Source of the DNA: an uncultured archaeon
GTDB lineage: Archaea; Asgardarchaeota; Thorarchaeia; Thorarchaeales; Thorarchaeaceae
DNA: 32,000 nucleotides
Direction of reading: 5' to 3'
Assembly: GCA_964648855.1 (NCBI GenBank)
Contig: CAZYLT010000003.1
Span: 90,001-122,000, forward strand
The translations under genes were made by a program, and so were the position numbers. The notes below the pieces were generated by a model that worked only from the letters and a program-made list of their open reading frames with translations, was not told where the DNA came from and did no database searches. Shown here piece by piece: positions 26,441 to 32,000 of this stretch; position 1 is the stretch's first letter; the number at the start of each line of letters is the position of its first letter.

Positions 26441-27940
26441 TTGGACATGGCACTAAGCAAGAAACAAGAAAAGGAACTTGGCACACTATTTGGTGATCGA
26501 TTTATAGTGGCGAAACACGAGTTACTCCCATTTTCAACAGACATTGGCACACTTCCAAGAGAAGTTGGATTGATTATGAACAATAAGCCCGATGCACTGG
26601 TTCAGCCAATCAACGCGACGGAGATTAGGGATTTATATGGTATTGCTAGGCGCCACGGCATAGCTCTAATCCCCCGGGGCGCTGGAACGTCAGGCTACGG
26701 TGGTGCCATCCCCATAGACGGTGGAATAACTGTCGATATGCGACGAATGGATAGCATAATTGAAATCGATGAAGAGAACCTCACAGTGACGACCGAACCG
26801 GGAATCTCATGGTCTGAACTTCAATTTGAGCTAAACAGGAACGGTTTGGATTTGCGGTCTTATCCTAGTTCTGCATTATCCGCTACAGTCGGTGGTTGGA
26901 TCAGTCAGGGTGGGGACGGAATCGGATCATTGAAGTATGGTTCAATAAATGACAGTGTAATCGAGGTTGAAGTTGTTCTGCCAAATGGCAACATTATACG
27001 TAGCAGAGATATGCAGCTTTTCTGTGATACCGAGGGCATCTTGGGGATCATCATCAAAGCAAAACTGAGAATCAAAGAGTTGAAAGAAATTGAGCCAATC
27101 GTCTTCAGCATTCCAGATAACCATGGACTGATGACCGCTATCGAAGAAATTCTAGATGAAGGTCCGTTACCTTTTGCAATAAAGGTCGAGGAATCTAACT
27201 ATGTCCAGATAAAGAGGAGAATATGGTCTAAGGAGGAACGCTATCCGTATCCGAGAGGGCATAGTGTGGTCTTAGTTGCTTATGAAGGAAACAAGGATGA
27301 GATACAAGCAGGACTAGATACTGTTCGTGAAGTAGTAGGAAGGGATGATAGCATAATTCACAGTAAGTGGGTTGCAGATTATGAATGGGAGGAAAGATTC
27401 TATCCAATGCGCATCAAGCAACTCGGTCCCAGTCTTGTCGCAGGACAAGCCCACGTTCCGCTTGGGAGTATTGCTTCGGTCCTAAATGATTTCCAGTCAC
27501 AGCAAGTTCCAATGCGAGCTGGCGCAGATGGTTTTGTCACTAGCCGAAACGCCGTGACAATGATGGGATATTACTTAGAAGATGAGAGAGACCTCTTCTT
27601 CATGTTGTCGTGGGTGCAGAGTTTTTCCATTCTTGACATTGCTGAACGGTATGGGGGTCATACTCATTCAACAGGTTTGTGGCTGGCTGATCGCGCAGAG
27701 GAATACTTCGGTAAGGAGCTCCTGGCAAAAATCGCGGCTGCCAAATCGAAACTGGACCCAGAGAACATATCGAACCCCGGTAAGATATTCGGGTTCTGGT
27801 TTCCTTGGGTACTGGGATTCGGAAGGTACTTTATGAGGATAATATTTGAACTTTTGAATAATGGTCCAATCAGGACCATCCAGACTATGAAGTGGATGCT
27901 ACATGGTTTTCCGCCATTGAAATGGCTCAGAAATAGATAA
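26441..27940 (+). CDS. FAD-binding oxidoreductase, VAO/GlcD family
   Basis: PDALVQP, PRGAGTSGYGG, ATVGGWI, GSLKYG, TEGILGII and DPENISNPGK motifs. The start may be ATG 26447. Confidence 0.9.
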   Translation: MDMALSKKQEKELGTLFGDRFIVAKHELLPFSTDIGTLPREVGLIMNNKPDALVQPINATEIRDLYGIARRHGIALIPRGAGTSGYGGAIPIDGGITVDMRRMDSIIEIDEENLTVTTEPGISWSELQFELNRNGLDLRSYPSSALSATVGGWISQGGDGIGSLKYGSINDSVIEVEVVLPNGNIIRSRDMQLFCDTEGILGIIIKAKLRIKELKEIEPIVFSIPDNHGLMTAIEEILDEGPLPFAIKVEESNYVQIKRRIWSKEERYPYPRGHSVVLVAYEGNKDEIQAGLDTVREVVGRDDSIIHSKWVADYEWEERFYPMRIKQLGPSLVAGQAHVPLGSIASVLNDFQSQQVPMRAGADGFVTSRNAVTMMGYYLEDERDLFFMLSWVQSFSILDIAERYGGHTHSTGLWLADRAEEYFGKELLAKIAAAKSKLDPENISNPGKIFGFWFPWVLGFGRYFMRIIFELLNNGPIRTIQTMKWMLHGFPPLKWLRNR

Positions 27941-28066
27941 AATCACGTGAATTTTCTGTTCTGACTAATGTTCCTCCGGATTTTGGTCTTGAATTACGAA
28001 TTCATTTTCCAATACAAACTCATGATATCGAGGAAAACTGGAGACTTTTTCCATTTCTGACCCTTA

Positions 28067-29455
28067 TCAGGTAGCTCTCAAAGCGTTTGCCAATGCACGA
28101 CCTGCGCGCTGGGGACTAGCGAAGAATGGAATTCCCCCTTTTTCTAGAACATCTTTACCTTTCGGAGGAAGTCCTGCTGGTGAGTTCAACACGCTTATAG
28201 TAGGAAGTCTTGATTCTCGTGCGACAGCCACAATCTTACTTGCCGGCATTCCTCCGCCAATCCCCTCTTGGTAGTTGGGGGAAAAAACGGTCAGGACCGC
28301 GTCATATTCACCGGCATTAGCAACGATTTCGAATGCTCTGGCGAAAACATCAGGTTCCGCCCATCCTTTCGCGAGTAGGTCAATAGGATTCCGTATTGGT
28401 ATATGCACTGGCATTTGAAGAAGCTCTTCAATTGGTTTGGCAATAGCATCCGAAGGATATGGAAGCAATGCACCGCTCTGCTCAAGAGTCTGTGCAGCAA
28501 TGAGGGCAATACCCAATGAGTGTGTGATTACAGCCACTCTCCTACCTTTGGGAAGATGATCCCACATGGACATCAACTTGGCAGTATCAATCATGTCCTG
28601 CGCACTATCTACTTCGATACCACCCGCCTGTTTGATGGCTCCAGAATAGAGCTTTGGCTCACCTGCTAGACTCCCGGTGTGGCTCAAAGCTGCTGCCCGT
28701 GCAGTGGGAGTCTTCCCAACTTTGAAGACAATGACCGGTTTCTCTTTTGTTACCTGCATCATCTCATTCGCCATCTCTCTAGCTCTCTCAGTACCTTCCA
28801 CAAACAGGCAAATAACCCCTGTTTCCTTGTCATCTTTGAGATATTTCAGAAGGTCTGCAAAATCAATATTCACACGATTTCCTACACTAGCGAACTTAGA
28901 TATGCCAAGCTCGGACTCAACTGCCCGATAAACCATCAGGCCTGAAACGCCGCCGCTTTGGCTTACCAGTGCGACCTTTCCTTTCCTAGGTGCTATTGGG
29001 TGTGGAAAGAACGTTGCATTGAGATCCAGATTGACATTACCAGCTCCAAGACAATTAGGTCCGATGACAGCAATATGGGCATCATCAACCAACTTTTTTA
29101 TCCGTCTTTGTTCTGCTGCGCCTTCTTTGCCAAGTTCTTTGAATCCTGCGGCCAGAACTATTGCTGCTCGGACTCCTGCATTTGCACAATCTGAAAGCGC
29201 CTGATATACCAAGCCGCCGCGAAGACATATCATTGCAAGATCCACATCATGAGGAATATCTGAAACCGAGGGATAACATCGACGCCCATTCAGTTTCGAA
29301 AGGCGGGGATTTACAGGATAGATTTCTCCCTTGAACGAATTCAGTGCTACTAGAGCTAGAGCTCCCAATTTCTCTGATTTATCCGATGCCCCTATCACAG
29401 CCACTGATTTAGGATTGAATAGTCTATCAAGCGATTCTATCTTCCACATCGCCAT
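28067..29455 (-). CDS. ADP-forming acyl-CoA synthetase (acetate-CoA ligase) alpha-type subunit
   Basis: FNPKSVAVIGAS, GPNCLG, SQSGG, SVGN, phospho-His SHTGSLAG and NPIDL motifs; no ATP-grasp domain. ATG 29455 follows GAGGGAG; the alternative start is 29488, overlapping the upstream stop. Confidence 0.88.
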   Translation of the reverse strand: MAMWKIESLDRLFNPKSVAVIGASDKSEKLGALALVALNSFKGEIYPVNPRLSKLNGRRCYPSVSDIPHDVDLAMICLRGGLVYQALSDCANAGVRAAIVLAAGFKELGKEGAAEQRRIKKLVDDAHIAVIGPNCLGAGNVNLDLNATFFPHPIAPRKGKVALVSQSGGVSGLMVYRAVESELGISKFASVGNRVNIDFADLLKYLKDDKETGVICLFVEGTERAREMANEMMQVTKEKPVIVFKVGKTPTARAAALSHTGSLAGEPKLYSGAIKQAGGIEVDSAQDMIDTAKLMSMWDHLPKGRRVAVITHSLGIALIAAQTLEQSGALLPYPSDAIAKPIEELLQMPVHIPIRNPIDLLAKGWAEPDVFARAFEIVANAGEYDAVLTVFSPNYQEGIGGGMPASKIVAVARESRLPTISVLNSPAGLPPKGKDVLEKGGIPFFASPQRAGRALANALRAT

Positions 29456-29484
29456 ATTGCTTCTCCCTCTGAATGGACGGACAA

Positions 29485-30573
29485 TCATCCATAGATCTCT
29501 GTGAGGGCTTTTTCTAGCTTTTCAAGCCCTTTGATGAGTTCTTCCTTTTCTCCGCCATATCCCAGACGGAAGTATTCGTCCATCTCAAGGCCATAACCCG
29601 GAACCACGAAAGTTCTATATTTCTCCACCAGCAATTCGCAAAGGTTTCGTGTGGATCCTCCCTGCTTTAGTCGAGGAGCTGCGACAACGCCTCCTTCTGG
29701 TTCCTTCCATTCCAACCATTGCTGGTTGTCCATCCAATCCTTGAGGATTTCGTAATTCTCAAACATCATCTCTCTCATGCGTTGAAGGAATCTACCTCGG
29801 TCCTCTAACACTCGAAGAGCAACAGCCTCCCCTAATTGAGAATTGCAGATTGTCAGTTGCTCTCTTACAGCTCGTATGCCTTCTATTACGGGTCTATCTG
29901 CAACGACCCACCCTATGCGAATTCCTGGTAGTCCATATACCTTTGACATACTGGTAAGACTGATTGCCTTTTCACTCAAGGTGGCTGCTGGTGGCGGAGG
30001 ATCCTTGAAAGTCAGGTCTCTATATGTTTCGTCAACCATCAAGTAGAAATCGTTTTCTTCAGCCAATTCGACAGCTCTAATCAAAGACTGCTCGTCTATC
30101 TGTGATCCGGTTGGATTATTCGGATGCGTTAGAGTGACGAGTTTCGTATTAGGCTTGACTAGCTTCTCGAGTTCATCAATATTCGGCTTGAAGTCGTTCT
30201 CCCATCTTAGGTGCAGCAACGATAAGTCTCGTTCAAGAGACCTTGGAACTTGATACAGAGATGGATACGTGGGATGTTCCACTATCAGATGGTCATCTTT
30301 TCCAACGAGATGAGCGATAATCGAGAAGTTGCCCTCGCTTGCTCCTGTAGTCACCGCTATGTTTTCCCCTGTTCTTCCCTTGTACTGTTCTGAGATTATC
30401 TCCCTTAATTCAGGGGCTCCTAGATGATACCCGTATCGAAGGTCTACATCAACCAAGTCAAGACCCAGGTCATTCAGTGATAGAAATTTCATTCCGCTTT
30501 CGCCGATATCATAGTCAACCTCATACTGGTATGTATCGAACCAATCTTCAAGAGGCATCCGTTCAAAAACCAT
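29485..30573 (-). CDS. PLP-dependent aminotransferase class I/II
   Basis: PNNPTG, DETY and SMSKVYGLPGIRIGW (PLP lysine) motifs, plus FRLGYG. Confidence 0.92.
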   Translation of the reverse strand: MVFERMPLEDWFDTYQYEVDYDIGESGMKFLSLNDLGLDLVDVDLRYGYHLGAPELREIISEQYKGRTGENIAVTTGASEGNFSIIAHLVGKDDHLIVEHPTYPSLYQVPRSLERDLSLLHLRWENDFKPNIDELEKLVKPNTKLVTLTHPNNPTGSQIDEQSLIRAVELAEENDFYLMVDETYRDLTFKDPPPPAATLSEKAISLTSMSKVYGLPGIRIGWVVADRPVIEGIRAVREQLTICNSQLGEAVALRVLEDRGRFLQRMREMMFENYEILKDWMDNQQWLEWKEPEGGVVAAPRLKQGGSTRNLCELLVEKYRTFVVPGYGLEMDEYFRLGYGGEKEELIKGLEKLEKALTEIYG

Positions 30574-30666
30574 TGTTAGAACCTAGTAGACTCCAACTCA
30601 AGACCTAGATAAATAGATTCGGAAACGACCCAATCCTTTTTGTTTTATGGAACGCCTATTTTGGGT

Positions 30667-31560
30667 TCATCCTATCAAGGACTTCATCTTCTTGAGGATT
30701 ATCAGTGATATTTTCTCGGCAGATACAGAGTAGCTTTCAAGATTGATCACAGGAATGTTAGATTCTGTTGCTTTGCTGAGCATGTACTCCTGAATTTCTC
30801 TTGTTAATTGGAATTCCTTCTCTCTCTTTTCGGATGCTCCAGCAACCGTTTTCAGACCTGCCAGAGACTTCTTGCTCATGAACATGGAATAATGCATCTC
30901 TTCGCTTGGTTCGACTAGAATCTCGATGACAGAATCAGACAGCTTCGAGAAATCACCAGGGATTAAATGAACTCCCTCAACAATTGCTTCTGCCCCCTCT
31001 GACAGAACTCTTTCAACGCTTTGAATGACGATTGGTTTGATGATTTGCTGCTGAGCAAGAAACCCTCTAACACCTGTCCCGAGATGTTCGGGTCCCGCTT
31101 GCTTGAACTTATGTGCTTGATATGTGTGACAGAATAGTTCTGGATACTCATCTTCGCTCATTTGAGTTCTCAATACTTGTCTTATGCTATCGGTGCTTAC
31201 GAATCTCGTAGCCCCAAGCGCGTGAATCAATCGAAGAAGGAGCATTGATTTCCCAGTGGCGCTTGCTCCTTCAAGCACCAGAATAATAGGTGGAACATCG
31301 TTTCCTTCTCTTCGGTATTTGTAGAATGTATTTACGATATCTAGGTTTTTCCGATGCTTTTGGTCATAGGAGTTCAATATTTGTTCTAACTCAGAGAACA
31401 ATTTACTCTCCGTCGGCCACTGTTTACTTGCATCATATGATGCGGCTATTTCGTCGATAATGCTCTCTGCATGCCGTGGCTGAATACCGGATAGCAAGAG
31501 ACGCCCCTTAATGATGACCATTGGATATGGAATCAGCCAATCTTCAGCATATACTTTCAT
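30667..31560 (-). CDS. 2-phosphoglycerate kinase-family P-loop kinase
   Basis: ATP-cone-like N-terminus, ILVLEGASATGKS Walker A, STDSIRQVLR and IVEGVHLIP motifs; GAGGT SD. Confidence 0.75.
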   Translation of the reverse strand: MKVYAEDWLIPYPMVIIKGRLLLSGIQPRHAESIIDEIAASYDASKQWPTESKLFSELEQILNSYDQKHRKNLDIVNTFYKYRREGNDVPPIILVLEGASATGKSMLLLRLIHALGATRFVSTDSIRQVLRTQMSEDEYPELFCHTYQAHKFKQAGPEHLGTGVRGFLAQQQIIKPIVIQSVERVLSEGAEAIVEGVHLIPGDFSKLSDSVIEILVEPSEEMHYSMFMSKKSLAGLKTVAGASEKREKEFQLTREIQEYMLSKATESNIPVINLESYSVSAEKISLIILKKMKSLIG

Positions 31561-31620
31561 CTCGAGTTCTACCTCAAGAAGAACTGGTAGAAATCTTATT
31601 GAAAGAGCTTGCTATAGACA

Positions 31621-32000
31621 TTAGAAGTCTTTATGTCCGCAGTATTTTCTGAAATGAGATGGAGGAATTCCATCTAATGTTCGAACGTTGCTTTTGTTTG
31701 GTCTTACCCTTGTTTCTCTGCCAGCAAAGGGGAGGCTCATATTTTGTTCTTGGTTGATATTTTGGATCTCGGTAGTTGCAAGATCTAGTATCCCACGTCT
31801 GCTCTTGCATAGTTTCATGCACTCATTGTTTACAGAGATGTAAGCTCCTTCCATAAAATATGAATTGCCTTTTTCTATGAATTCTATGTCTTCATTCCAA
31901 AGGGTGAGAAATATTGTTGCAGTTTCATCTCCAACTAGAACCTCTGCCATTTGATACTTAATCAACCACTTCTTATTCTCTACAATTTCAACACTAGGTT
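31621..32000 (-). CDS. OB-fold single-stranded DNA-binding protein, 3' part (start lies beyond the window)
   Basis: AEVLVGDETATIFLTLWNE is typical of crenarchaeal SSB/RPA OB folds. The frame stays open from 31965 to the right edge (PSVEIVENKKWLIKYQM). Confidence 0.75.
   Translation of the reverse strand, partial: PSVEIVENKKWLIKYQMAEVLVGDETATIFLTLWNEDIEFIEKGNSYFMEGAYISVNNECMKLCKSRRGILDLATTEIQNINQEQNMSLPFAGRETRVRPNKSNVRTLDGIPPSHFRKYCGHKDF

Noticed and set aside
26441-27940. Alkyl-DHAP synthase (eukaryote-like ether lipid enzyme) assignment
   Set aside because: The family fits, but the catalytic HHH motif is absent and the gene is paired with an Fe-S redox subunit.
25071-29488. Selenocysteine/pyrrolysine read-through or frameshifts in the redox genes
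   Set aside because: The ORFs appear full length with complete motifs, and the TGA of the ACS gene is immediately followed by TAA.
1-32000. CRISPR arrays, tRNA/rRNA, transposases, integrases, defence systems
   Set aside because: No spaced direct repeats, cloverleaf-like segments or relevant protein motifs were seen. Intergenic gaps are short (all under about 270 bp). Small ncRNAs cannot be excluded by eye.

Overview
Gene-dense archaeal chromosomal window with no visible mobile element, CRISPR array, rRNA or tRNA. Archaeal signs are TATA-like promoters, GGTGA/GAGG Shine-Dalgarno sites, a geranylgeranyl reductase, a 2-phosphoglycerate-kinase-family protein, an ADP-forming acyl-CoA synthetase alpha subunit and a single-OB-fold SSB. 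Their combination with MutS1/MutL, tal/rpe and YbjN suggests an Asgard (Thorarchaeia-like) host, which is an inference. Gene order: partial DUF4910/M28-like peptidase; ferritin; 887-aa polytopic membrane protein with an apparently split SpoIIM-like domain; 1960-aa Trp/Tyr-rich, sequon-rich surface protein with a C-terminal anchor; YbjN-like protein; rhomboid protease; GNAT; mutL; YtcJ-like amidohydrolase; transaldolase; rpe; mutS; two VIT1/CCC1 paralogs; GGR, long-chain polyprenyl synthase, MenA-like prenyltransferase, HdrD/GlpC-like Fe-S protein and an atypical FAD oxidoreductase; acyl-CoA synthetase alpha; PLP aminotransferase; 2PGK-like kinase; partial SSB. The two best candidates for undescribed systems are (1) a putative quinone side-chain/salvage module next to a non-canonical FAD/CCG dehydrogenase (21444-27940) and (2) a putative cell-surface module of SpoIIM-like fusion, giant glycoprotein and rhomboid (1001-11155). 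All calls come from motif recognition by eye; no database searches were run.
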